A stretch of DNA of 64,000 bases from Tubulanus polymorphus (taxonomy: Eukaryota > Animalia > Nemertea), in NCBI RefSeq assembly GCF_964204645.1, contig NC_134030.1, positions 22,962,210 through 23,026,209 on the forward strand, in the 5' to 3' direction. The notes beneath the pieces were generated by a model. The model had not been told where the DNA came from. It was given only the letters and a program-made list of their open reading frames with translations, and did not search any database. The translations under genes were made by a program, and so were the position numbers. Below are positions 27,701 through 53,749 of the stretch, in pieces. The stretch's first letter is position 1, and each line of letters begins with the position of its first letter.

Positions 27701-30700
27701 AACTGTGAAAACGATAACTCAGAGAGTAGCCCGTATGGAGATACAGCCATCAGAGTGAAAATCGTAAAATCCATATCTAAAAAATTCATTTATCAGAAAA
27801 ATATCAAATTATTCACTACTGAATTCTGAATAGAGCATACTACAAATAATCACAGCTTCCGGTGAACATAACTTCCGCCGAGAGAAGGAGGGAGTTTGTT
27901 CGTTTGATCTCACACACTGAATGAACTGTTTCAACAGAACCAGATGAACATCCGCCATCTTACGAGGAAGCGATGAGTTAAAGTGACGTAAACTCTTCAC
28001 TGACACTAAGAAACCTTTAGAAGTATTCAGGCTTCATTCAGCTGATTAATTCAAGTCTAACTCACTGAAGACTATTATTTTGAAACTCAATTTGTTTTTC
28101 TAATTCAATTTACAACTAACGTGTTAAATCAAACCTCTCCTTCGAATCGTAAACAGATAACCTCAGAACCTGATGCGGGATGACGAGTTGTCGCCGCATT
28201 CTGAGAGGAAATATCTACGATAAAAGTTTTAACACACGGCTGGAAAATTGTAAGAAGATGTATTAATAAACACTATTCTCGTCACTTTATTAAATCTCAG
28301 TAGGCCTACACGCCCATACGGTTCCAACTGATCGATTGCCCCCCTCCAAGGGTTCTTTATTTCTATTAAAAATAATCTTTAACCAGTTACATCTTAAACG
28401 AGTTCAATTTAAATGTGAATATCATCTGCACATTTTCACAAGAAGTCTGATGTCTGTAGACAGAAAAACGCCACGTATGACGGGTCTAATAATGCGTCAC
28501 ATTTTACATTATCTAACTATTGGGGTCAGTAAACTTACACATGTCCAACTGTTATAATCCATCTTCGCTCTATAAACTGCGGGTCTTGATTAACATCAAT
28601 CAATTCTACACTGAACACCGGGTTCTGAATGGTCTAAACACGATGAAGCTTCATATTTTATATCATCTAACTATTGGGGTCAGCGAACTCACATGTCCGA
28701 ATAATCCATTTACGCTCGAGTATAAAGTTACTCGAGTATAAAGTTAATACTCGAGTAGAGTATGTCTCTCTCACAATCTGTTCTCCATAGCTTATCAGAG
28801 ATTAATAGTACTAGTGACTGATCTTATTTCAGTGATTCATGTATCAATATCTTATGACGCGACACCGGCCGGGAACACCGGGTCCGGCTTCCAAAACATC
28901 CTCATCAATGATTCGACGCATAATTAGTCATACTCGTCAGTGATTGGATACAAAGTTAGTCATACTCGTCGGTGTTTGGCTAACTGGTACAAAATATGAA
29001 TATCTAAACTGGATGAAACCGTTTGAACGCGCGTCACGTAGGCATTTGTATCGTATTGTCCGAGAACAATAAACAATGACATTTGACACATTTCACAAGA
29101 CGATAAATCATCTTCTTTACATCGTAAACTCAATGCAGGTCACTATACGCTAATCATTAACAATACAATATCAATATCATCTCAAACTGGACTAATATTA
29201 ATATTAATATCAATATCATCAGTTACTGATTAGATACTGAATGTACCTGTTTGTAACGCGCTGTTACAGGCATCTGTGTGAACTGGTGCAAACACGCGGC
29301 CACTGTAGTTATAGCATCCGTTGAAAATCAATTTCACACATTCCAAAAATCATTCACCTTTCATTTAACTTTAGATTTGGGATAAAATTATTCCTGCTAC
29401 CGAAATCTTACAACATAACCCTAGTATATATCACTGGTAATGCAGGACCAGGGAGGCGAGAGTTCCCCAGTGCATAGACTTAGGGAGGTCCTTTTCTCCG
29501 GCTGCCCCTAAAATTTAGACTGCGTTTTCGGTCCTGTGAGATCTGAAGCAGGCCTACGTAGACTATTAACTACTTTAGATAATGGTTGAAAATCTTTTAA
29601 GAATTATAGGATCTAATTCGTCAAAAAGTCTTCCTATGGCACGTGAGTCTGTTGCTAGTACGGCATTCGCTGAGCAAAAAAGTGGCTTGGAAATCAGTGT
29701 TAAAAAGCAGCTCCACCCAGAATAAATGCTATTGCGTTGATTAGAATTATTTATAATAATCTAATGTTGAATGCGTTGTGAAATTTGAATGAAAAATTTC
29801 TGTATACCTCGCATGCCACAGTAGAATAGCGAGGCCGTGTTAAAATCTCGACCGTTCAGTGCTGCCGCTATGAATAACAATAGCGGAATTTCTGTGAACT
29901 ATATACCAGCGACCGGGGATTATCAATGCTTTTATTCAGGGGCCACTGTGGCGCCTAATTCTGTTAGACTATGATATTTTTGAATCCATCTCAAATTCTG
30001 AAAAGCTGTAAAAATGATTTTGCTCCAAGCAAAAACTCTTTCTCTCTCTTTAGGCACTGGTCCTAATCGGCCATGTAGCAACGCTGAATAACATGCACTC
30101 ATCGCCGTCAGTTCCCCCTCCCCCGAGAAAAACAAATGTTTCAATCTTTAAAACTAATTTTGGATACAGGAAGATTATTTTCTATGAATTTTTCAGTGAT
30201 CTTTTAAAGATTTCGCAATAATTTACCAGTCCGGCCCGCAAATCGGTAATTAGCTTGTCCGCTACGCCCGTTAGAAGTGTCTGGCAAGCGAGTCATATGT
30301 TAGTTCACGTTTTCCCCGCTATCGTTGTATATAGGGGCAGCACTAGACGGTCGAGATCTGAAACCCGCGATTTTTGATTGATGTGGCGGTGAATTGTTTC
30401 AGGCATTCGCTAAACGCTTAATATCTTAATGAAATTTCTCTGAAATGAGAAATAATTGAAATCAGAATTGCCTGAGTTTCCATGCAGTGGAAATACATCT
30501 ATAATTCCTTGAACCCGAATTTCTGCAATGACAGGCAGCAAGCACCTCATAGGTTCGAATCCCACAATTATGTAAATAATCTTCGTAATCAAAATAAACT
30601 TTTCCTTTAAAACTTCAGTCTTCTTGACGCTTGTTTTGTGATCCTCGGTCAGTGAACTAAAACAATTCAATCACCAACAACTAATTTATTATAATATATA

Positions 30701-31145
30701 TTTTATTCACTTAAATAACACAATAAAGGCAAAAATACCGCAAGTTTTAAATTAAAAGCATTGTCTAAAATGATTGCAGTTTTAGTTAAGAGATCTATAT
30801 TCTTACAGTACAAAATAAAAGCCACGAGTTTAAGACGACTGGCGTCTGATTGGTACAGATCTGATACAGTCAACCATAACCCCAGTGTACCGGTATATAA
30901 GTACTGATTATGATTGTGGCAGTGATAATAGTTCACAAGCCTAGCACTTTAAACTTTATGAAGTAAAAGAGGTATTTTTCCAGGGCTTGTTGTTGTTAGT
31001 GGCAAACATGAAATCATGTCTAGAATTGGCAGTGATAGTTGTTCATACCCTGTGAGACCCGAGATCGAAATAGTAACCGGCAAGGGCTGAAACATGTCTA
31101 CAAAATCATTCTCTTATACTAAACTATCTACCCCCTCTGACCCTT

Positions 31146-31391
31146 CAGAGTCCGATCTGAGCGCTCGTCCGATTGCCCGGGACAAGTATATTCTCATCAG
31201 GGCGAGTAGGTTATCATTATCACTTGTCCCCCGGGCTAGTGCAATTTAATGTCTCAAAGCTTTTTTCCCAATCGATACAACAGTTGGAGTGCTTGTGTAG
31301 GACAAGCAGATTTTGGAGGGGGGCAAGTAAAATTTCAGATATACTTGCCCCCCCGCGGGCAAGTGGTTATTATTCCTTAGATCGGACCCTG
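31146..31391 (+). mobile_element. Copy of the same hAT-like MITE, just 3' of the SLC34 stop codon
   Basis: CAGAGTCCGATCT...TTGCCCGGGACAAGTATATTCTCATCAGGGC...TAGATCGGACCCTG. Confidence 0.8.
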
Positions 31392-31427
31392 ATAAATAAA
31401 TAAATACCTAGTAAACTATAAATACAT

Positions 31428-44810
<13,383 letters not shown>

Positions 44811-45606
44811 CTCTCTCTAACTCTCTGTGGTTGGACTGTCAACAGTCACTCACCGCGGCCGCGCGGAGTGTTAGAGCGCTATGAATCATTATCTATCCGT
44901 ATTTCACACTTTCATCAATAAAACTCTACTTTATTTTTATATTTATCTCGATTTCGCTGAAAATTTTACGAATTTCAAGAGAGAAATTGCTAAAAATCGT
45001 GATTTGTCAATAGAACTATTTACTACGCGTAAAGAGAGCGCGCGTAACAGCTGCAGTGATTGGGTGTCTAGCTGATAGCTGATTGGTCGAGACACCGGGG
45101 AGAGCCCAATAGTGAAAACACGAGTGATGAATGAAGTGAAGATTGATGACGTCATCAACAATAACGGGATTCCGGGTCAATTAGTGCTCGCCGCACCTGC
45201 TTTTAAACCCGTTCCCAATCTCTACGGGTTCGAATCCCACATTATTCAACAGACAATATATTTTTTTCATATGGAAATGTTGATTCACTTTAATCTTTAC
45301 ATAAGATCGTGCCACTCGTCGCCAGCAAAAACAACAAGACACCAAAAATTCAGGTTTCCGGATTAAATTTTAAAATCTATTCTCAGTGAGGGTCGTCTCT
45401 AACCAAGAGATTGCTTGTGTCACTCATCACCAGCAAGAACAAGACATCAAAAATTCAAATACCCTGATTGAGAGTATAAGATATCCTCAGTGAGGGCTGT
45501 TTCTTATCAAGAGGTTCCTCGTGTCACTCGTCACCAGCAAGAACAACAAGACACCAAAAATACAAAATTTCCTGTCATTTTTTTATTAATTGCGATTAAT
45601 AATTTT

Positions 45607-48600
45607 TTAGCACAAATCAAAGATATTGGAAGCATTAGTGCCTGCACCAGCAGCAGTCGCAGCAGCATCAGCAGCAGTCGCAGCAGCAGCATCAGCAGCA
45701 TCAGCAGCATCAGCAGCAGTCACAGCAGTCTCACCGGCAGCAGGTTCCTTAGTAATATCCTGTATTCTATTAAACTCTTTAAATTGAACACTGAGTTTAT
45801 TCATGACTTGTTTATGCGTCAGTTTACAACCGCTTGTCGTCTGCTGCTGTTGTTTGATTGCGCTGTAGTGATTTTTAACGAATAAAGCGAATTTATTCGG
45901 AGTTTTTGTCTCGGTACGTTTCAACGTTCCGTCTTTTTTATTCAACAGACATTCGAATTCACCGCCGCAAATACCGCAAATAGATTCCTTTACATTCAAT
46001 GATTTACTGTGACGATTTATCCTGGAAATATTCAAACAATTTATTATGATACGTCGTTGACAGATAGGGGGCGCCCTTTTATATCCAATCAATCTCCACA
46101 GTCAAATACAAAGGATATAAACGGACACTGATTGATTTTAGGCGCGATTTAGTCATTTCAACTAATCTCCCTGACTAAAAGCATTTTTTTTTAAATAAAA
46201 TTCTGGGGCCAGTTGCTCAAAAGTTGGTTAAAGATAACCGGCCGTTAAATACCATAGTAACAATGAAATTTCAATTGTCACCATATCAACTATCCACTGG
46301 TTAACTGTAACCAACTTTTGAGCAACCGGCCCCTGAGGTTTCTGATGTGGGGGGTCAGGCCGGGAGGGGATTAAAGAGGCCGGGGAGGGGATGTGAGAGG
46401 CCGGGCAGGGGATGTGAGGGGGCCAGGCCGGGGAGGGGATGTGAGAGGCCGGGCAGGGGATGTGAGGGGGCCAGGCCGGGGAGGGGATGTGAGAGGCCGG
46501 GCAGGGGATGTGAGGGGGCCAGGCCGGGGAGGGGATGTGAGAGGCCGGGCAGGGGATGTGAGGGGGCCAGGCCGGGGAGGGGATGTGAGAGGCCGGGCAG
46601 GGGATGTGAGGGGGCCAGGCCGGGGAGGGGATGTGAGAGGCCGGGCAGGGGATGTGAGGGGGCCAGGCCGGGGAGGGGATGTGAGAGGCCGGGCAGGGGA
46701 TGTGAGGGGGCCAGGCCGGGGAGGGGATGTGAGAGGCCGGGCAGGGGATGTGAGGGGGCCAGGCCGGGGAGGGGATGTGAGAGGCCGGGCAGGGGATGTG
46801 AGGGGGCCAGGCCGGGGAGGGGATGTGAGGGGGTCAGGCCGGGGAGGGGATGTGAGGGGGCCAGGCCGGGGAGGGGATGTGAGAGGCCGGGGAGGGGATG
46901 TGAGAGGCCGGGGAGGATGTAAGGGGGTGAAACTCACTTGTAGCCGCACTTGAGGCATCTATATGTATATTTGGTGGCGATCTTGTAGTCATGGCAACGT
47001 TCAATAATAGGCAATTCCGGGAAGATATGATTAGCTCGAGCAGCCCTGAAACAACAGAGACATGGAGAAATAAAAACACAGTGAAATAGACACAGAGACA
47101 CAGAGAATGTGATGAAACTAACCAACTCTTCCAAACACGACCGTGACCATCTTTAACTCCATTAACAATCCACACAGCAGCATGACACAATTCATGTATC
47201 AGAGTATCACGAGTTCGATCTGTAAAATAGTATTACATTACACGGGGATCACTGGAGGAGGGGAGGGTGGGGAGGGGAGGAGGGAGGGGGAGGAGGGGAG
47301 GGATGTGGATAGATCCACACAGCAGCATGACACAATTCATGTATCAGAGTATCACGAGTTCGATCTGTAAAATAGTATTACATTACACGGGGATCACTGG
47401 AGGAGGGGAGGAGGGGAGGAGGGAGGGGGAGGAGGGGAGGGATGTGGATAGATCCACATAGCAGCGTGGATAGATCCACACAGCAGCATGTGACCACCGG
47501 AAATCAGTACTGATCAGTAAAGCGCCCCCTAGTGGTATTTTACCTGGAGTATCGCAGACTTTAATCGACAGTGAGATGAGAGCGATTCTTCCGAGACGTT
47601 TAATCCTATCCTGATACCGAGGGTAACATAATCCAGCGGATTTAGTTAATCTGACGTTCCATTCTACAGATACCGTATCCACTGGGAACTACAACAATAA
47701 ACATTTATATCATTAACAATCCACCACGCGCCCAGTTTCACGCGCCCAATTCCACACAGCCAGTTCCACGCGCCCGGTTCCACATGCCCAGTTCCACACG
47801 CCCGGTTCCACATGCCCAGTTCCACACGCCCAGTTCCACACGCCCCGTTCCACACACCCAGTTCCACAGTTTATACCTGATTTTTAAAGATTGTTTCACA
47901 AAATAAATCCATCAATTCAGTCGTCAATTCGTCGCGATGTTTCACAAAATTCTTCATGTATCTGAAAAAAAAAAAAAACAACATTCAACAGTTTTCATTG
48001 TTGCCTTTTAATTTAATACAGTTGTTGGGATCAGAATCTCGAATTCTGAAATAACCATGCGTTAGTTTCTTGTATTTTAGAAATCTTTTATCTAGGACCA
48101 AAGCCTCAATTTTTACATGACAACTTTTTGTATTTAAACCTCATTCCCGAGTTATGAGGTCATCTTCAAGGCCTTTTAGCGCCTAGTTTTGCCGCTAGGT
48201 GGTGCACCAGGCAGACAGCCAGGCAGACGACCGACAATAAGGGTCATACGGTTACCAATAGCAACTCACTTTTCAGCTTTCGGATGACGTTTTTGACTGT
48301 CGACCGTCGAGTCAAGAGACTTCAGGAAACTGAACGTTTTACACACACGTGACTTATCTGAAAAATAACAATATTTGAAATTTGAATTCACTGATTTTTA
48401 AACGTTTGTATCCTACGCCTTCACTAGTTATCCCGAGATTAACCTAATCCCGGTTTACCTATATTCGGCGGAGTAAAGCTGTAGTAATTGTGATTATTGT
48501 CGTTGTAAATAAACCCGTAAATTTCGATGAGTTTTCGGTAGGTTTTCGATCCAGTTACCCGAATATAATCTCTGATATAGTCCCAGAAATCATCGCTAGG

Positions 48601-51600
48601 TGGCGTCGGTGTATCGAACTGCCAGTCATCGAGCGACCTGTTTTCTGGACGCGGATCTTTAAACGGTTCGTAAACATATTTCATCAAAGAATTATCGACG
48701 TGATTTTGCGACGAACATCTGAATTCAGATTCGCGTTTTTCGATTTTGCGAACTTTGCCAACGCCTCCTTGATCTGCGGTGTTTATAAATTTCCTCCAAG
48801 TCCGATCGCATTCCAACCAATTCCCTCTTTTACGCTTAGCCGAAGCGCCGTAACACCTGGTTTCCGTGTTAAAGTGTTCTCGATACATTTTGTGGAGCGA
48901 ATTCAATTACGATAAAGTTTGATGATAAAATGACGAGAAGATTTGGAACCCGAAATATATTCCTGAATAATTCACCTCAATTCTGTGATTGAAATAAATA
49001 GATATCGACGAATTAACAAATTCAGTCATAGCTTTTTTCAAAATCTTCCCTCAGCCGCGACTATTCCATGACATTTTTAAAGGAAGGAAAAATCCTTGAC
49101 TTTTCTAGTAAAGTGGCCGCCACCCAGTGGTATTACATGTACTCTAGTACTAATGTCTATTGCAACCTGACTTGAGACCACATCAGGTGGCCTAGCTCAG
49201 TCAGTTTTGGTAGTACATACTTGATAAAGGTCTTAATAGGAACAGAATACATTAGCAGTCGACCTAAAATATCGTTTTTTAATCCACTTTAAACTGTATT
49301 GAAGGATATCCAAAAAGTCTTCACTGAAAGGTGTTCCTGAGAGAAAAGAGACTCCATGATTTGAAAGGTTTACAATATGTCTCCATGCCTACCAACTGAA
49401 ATTTGATACGTAGGCATGGAAACATATTGTTAAACTTTCAAATCATGGAGTCACTTCTCTTCATTTAACCCCTTTCAGTGAAGACTTTTTGTATATCCTT
49501 CAATACAGTTTCAAATGGATTAAAAAATGATGATTTAGGTCGACTGCCTGTCCTTTCTCGTCCTATTAAGACCTTTATCAGGTATGTACTACCAAAACTG
49601 ACTGAGCTAGGCCACCCGGAATGCTCTCAAGTCAGGTGAAATAGACATTAGTGTGACCAGTCACAGTGTGAAGTGTCGCACGACACTGGATCTCAACGGT
49701 TCATCGGTTTCATTCACACTACCAGCGAAATCAGTCAAATCAGCGAAAATAGACGGTTATTTTTACCTGGTTGTTTATATCGAGAAGATGTAATTTTCGG
49801 CGGTGCTGTTTGAGGCAATCGGGTTTGTTTAGTAATACACGGAGTTTCTACACAATAGGGCAGCCAATCATCTCCCGAGCTGACATCATCGACTCGCTTT
49901 GTGACATCATCGACTCGTGTGGTGACATCACCGTTTTGCGAGCTGACTTCAACAATCTCCCTGAAATAAACGAACAACGTCAACCAAAGTTTCCACATGA
50001 TATGAACTCCAGGACACAGTTTTACAAACAGGTTTAACTCCTAATTACAACTATTTAACATCAATTTAACATCTAAGGTAAGCAGGGTCCGATCTAAGGA
50101 ATGAAAGCCACTTGCCCGGGGGCAAGCATATCTGAAATTTTGCTTGCCCCCCTCCAAAAGCTACTTGCCCTACACAGGCAGTCCAATTGGTGGCACTATG
50201 ATTCCTTTACTGAAAAATCTTCCATTCTATCGCGAAAACGAGAGTGTTAAGAAATCCGTTGTATCGAATGGGAAAAAAAGCTTTGTGACATAAAATTGCA
50301 CTAGCCCGGGGGACAAGTGGTAATGATTACCTACTTGCCCTGATGAGAATATACTTGTCCCGGGCAATCGGACAAGTGTCTAGATCGGACACTGGGTAAG
50401 CATCTATGGTTTAGGGTAAACAGGGTTTGGAGTGAGCAGGGTTTGGAGTGAGCATGGTTTGGAGTAAACAGGGTTTGGAGTAAACAGGTTTGGAGTAAAC
50501 AGGTTTAGAGTAAACAGGTTTAGAGTAAACAGGTTTAGAGCCTCCCCTTCAAATACAAACCTCTCTTTGTAAATCTCTTCTTTTTCTTCGATTCTTCTCG
50601 TTGTTTTTATATAAAAAGCTTCATCATCATCGCTTTCATCTTCATCGCTCGTATAGTAATCATCGGGAACAATGAAACTATCATCATTCATCTCATCATC
50701 ATCATCGTTATCGCTAGGGTTTCGATTCACTGTTTTCACAGACGTTAAAAACTTCTCAAAATCATCGTCATCCTCATCGTCATCGCTACTGACAACAGCA
50801 CGATGTGTGAGGAACTTAGTTACGTAATCAGCGGTCGTCTGCTGCTGATTGACGTCTGCTGCTGATTGGTGTAATATCTCACCACCAGGTGGCGATGGTG
50901 CGTCGTATGAATCGATACTAGATCTAAACTGAGTTTTATTTAAACCGTTTTTTATCAAATGTTGTGAAAATGTATTTAAACTTTCCGGTTGATGAATAGT
51001 GAATGAATTTTCCGGACTACGGCGTGATTTCTCCGAACTACGACGTGATTTCTCCGGACTACGGCGTGATTTCTCCGGACTACGGCTTCGTAAAACGTTG
51101 GATTTTATAACAGTTTGTATTTTTGATGCTGACCGATTTGAAAATGTAGCGATATCTGCCAACAATTCATCGTCATCGTCCGTTAACCAGTCTATGACAT
51201 TTCCACGGTTACCGGCACAACGGCTATTGTTGCCGGAATTCGAGCCGGCTTCAGGGCTATAGTACGTTCCGGATTCCGAACTAACGGAGACAGCAGCCGC
51301 GTCGACACCAGGAGCCACTGTAATGCCGGTATCGTTACGATCGGTTGTCGATGGCGACTCAAACGATACTTGTAACGATTTATCGTGAAATTGAGTTAGA
51401 TTTGAATCGCTGAGACTTCGACTCGGAGTCAGTCGACTGGTCGATTGACCGTTCAGTCGACTAGTTTCCTCATTGTCGTCAGTGAGTGATATTTGGAATG
51501 ATATTTTACTGCTCACCGGTGACATCACGTGTAAATGTAATTTCTTCTTAGACGGAGTTTCCGCCATCGTTGTCGCTGCGGTTTTACCGGTGTCATTGTT

Positions 51601-53047
51601 GTAATCGGTAGTCGCCGTAGTTACGACCGGTTGAGGTAAGTTCATGGTAACCGAGCGACCGTCGATGTTTATATCGAAATTATCCTCGAAATTCGTCCTC
51701 ATTTCGAGATGTTGATTCTCGGCATCCGTAAACGAGTTGATCAGAATCGATTGTTTGTTGCCTAGCGACGATTCACCGAATTCTTTCACTTCATTGATTC
51801 GCGAAAAACAAACGCTTTTAGAATGATTAACGCTGCGTGCTCCAGTAGAGGGCGTTGTTAACGGTGTGAAGAGCGGAGTACTCGTCTTATGTGAAGATAT
51901 ACGCGACCGTACAGCATCTACTCTTGGAGTAATACATCCTCCAGTTCTGTCTAAGCCTGGAGTAGTGATTCCTCCAGTTCTATCTACTCCTGGAGTAGTG
52001 ATTCCTCCAGTTCTATCTACTCCCGGAGTAGTGATTCCTCCAGTTCTGTCTACTCCTGGAGTAATGATTCCTCCAGTTCTATCTACTCCTGGAGTAATGA
52101 TTCCTCCAGTTCTGTCTACTCCCGGAGTAGTGATTCCTCCAGTTCTGTCTACTCCTGGAGTAGTGATTCCTCCAGTTCTGACTAAGCCTGGAGTAGTGAT
52201 TCCTCCAGTTCTATCTACTCCTGGAGTAATGATTCCTCCAGTTCTGTCTACTCCCGGAGTAGTATTCGTTTCCAGCTGTTTTCCATTTGCGCTGATTGAT
52301 AAAATTTCATTCGCCAAATCATTGATATGAGCCAACCGAACAGTGGCGCCATCTGCTGCTGGCTGAATAGTGGTGCCATCTACAGCAGGCTGAACAGTGG
52401 CTCCATCTATAACCTCTAAAGGAGTCTCTGGTATACACACTGAACAGTCGATGACCTGATGTTTAGAAGCTCGATTCTCTTCATTCTCATCATCAGTATC
52501 TGGAACTAACGTTACAGGTCTACACTCCGTTTCTAAATCATCAACCTCGTCTATATCTCTAAATAAAGACTGCGCAACACGCATGGGTGAAGGTCGCGCA
52601 GTTGAAGGTCGGGTAGATGAAGGTCGCGCCGGTGAGGGTCGTGCAGGTGAAGGTCGCGTCGGTGAGGGTCGTGCAGGTGAAGGTCGTGCAGGTGAAGGTC
52701 GCGCCGGCTTCTGTTTCTTTGTAGGTCGTTTTTTTATTTTTGTGATTTGAAAATCGTCATCACTATCGTCAGACAGCCACAGCGCGTACAGCGGATCAGA
52801 TGGATCTATTTTCGGCAATTCTTTCTTCTTCTTTGTCTGAAATAAATAAATTCTAATTCTATAAAATCTTCCGCTGTGTGAAATTTTCCAATTCGATTTC
52901 AAACTGATTTTTTACCGGTTTTATTTTCTTGGTTTTTTTCCCGATTTTTTTCGCTTTCTTTCTAATTTCGTTAGATTCCGTTTCCGTGACACCCGTTTCC
53001 ATGACGCCCGTGTCCATGACGCCTGTTTCCGTGACGCCCGTTTCCAT
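45607..53047 (-). CDS. GCNA: GCNA/ACRC: long acidic disordered region, SprT-like metalloprotease, zinc finger and HMG-like C-terminus. Exons 53047-52916, 52836-50561, 49960-49767, 48357-48270, 47961-47877, 47688-47544, 47219-47123, 47045-46938, 46021-45607
   Basis: WNVRLTKSAGLC, DTLIHELCHAAVW (HExxH), DGHGRVWKSW, RCHDYKI, YRCLKCG..RHSKS..CGICGG, TPNKFALFVKNHY. Splice phases are consistent throughout. The first coding exon is less certain. Confidence 0.92.
46206..46332. mobile_element. PIF/Harbinger-like MITE with CTG TSD
   Basis: TIR GGGCCAGTTGCTCAAAAGTTGGTT, flanked by CTG on both sides. Relatives at 53173-53299 and, degenerate, about 33790-33890. Confidence 0.8.
46345..46920 (+). repeat. 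G-rich 48-bp tandem repeat in the last GCNA intron
   Basis: GGGGATGTGAGAGGCCGGGCAGGGGATGTGAGGGGGCCAGGCCGGGGA. Confidence 0.93.
49149..49652. mobile_element. About 500-bp foldback MITE, copy 2, in a GCNA intron
   Basis: Same termini and internal symmetry as 35952-36454. Confidence 0.85.
50083..50394 (-). mobile_element. hAT-like MITE (CAGGG/CAGTG termini) with a 6-bp flanking duplication GGTAAG
   Basis: TIR CAGGGTCCGATCTA / TAGATCGGACACTG. GGTAAG lies at 50077-50082 and 50395-50400. Confidence 0.75.
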
Positions 53048-53172
53048 GATAACCGTACGATTTGATTCTAAAAATATCGATGTAAAAAAATAGGCAACAA
53101 TATTTTAGTTTGATTAACGCGATTCATGTCTGGCACTGGGTGGGTTCACTATAGAGCCATGGAGATCACCAG

Positions 53173-53299
53173 GGGCCGGTTGCTCAAAAGTTGGTTATAG
53201 TTAACCAGTGGATAGTTGATATGGTGACAATTGAAATTTCATTGTTACTATGGTATTTAACGGCCAGTTATCTTTAACCATCTTTTGAGCAACTGGCCC
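53173..53299. mobile_element. PIF/Harbinger-like MITE, second copy in opposite orientation
   Basis: GGGCCGGTTGCTCAAAAG...CTTTTGAGCAACTGGCCC, with CAG/CTG (CWG) flanks. Confidence 0.8.
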
Positions 53300-53407
53300 C
53301 TGGACTGCAAGGATACAGCTCCCCTGCTGCTTAGCCATGGAAAGAAGGTTAGACAACAATCTACTCAAAATAAGGAAAGGAGGGAACAACAGTAAATTGT
53401 CAAATTA

Positions 53408-53582
53408 CAGTGTTCGATCTAAACACTTGTCCGATTGCCCGGGACAAGTATATTCTCATCAGGGCGAGTAGGTTATCGATTATCACTTGTCCCCCGAGCT
53501 AGTGCAATTTTATGTCACAAAGCTTTTTTCCCAGTCGATACAACGGATGATAGTGCCACCAATCGGACTGCGCCTGTGTAGG
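53408..53582 (+). mobile_element. Truncated copy of the same hAT-like MITE
   Basis: CAGTGTTCGATCTA...GCCCGGGACAAGTATATTCTC; the far TIR is missing. Confidence 0.75.
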
Positions 53583-53749
53583 GGTACGGTAATAATAAAA
53601 TGTTGAATTGAATTGAGTTAGCCGGACCCCTGTTAAAATAATAATTTTAATGGCTGTTGGCAGGTTGCCAGCCGATAATGAAGCGCTAAAACTGTTTTCA
53701 CTAATTCGAACATGAAGTCGACGAACAGTGTCGATAAAATAGGATTGAT

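Noticed and set aside
46347-46958. RGG/RPG-rich ORFs
   Set aside because: This is a G-rich tandem repeat within the last GCNA intron.
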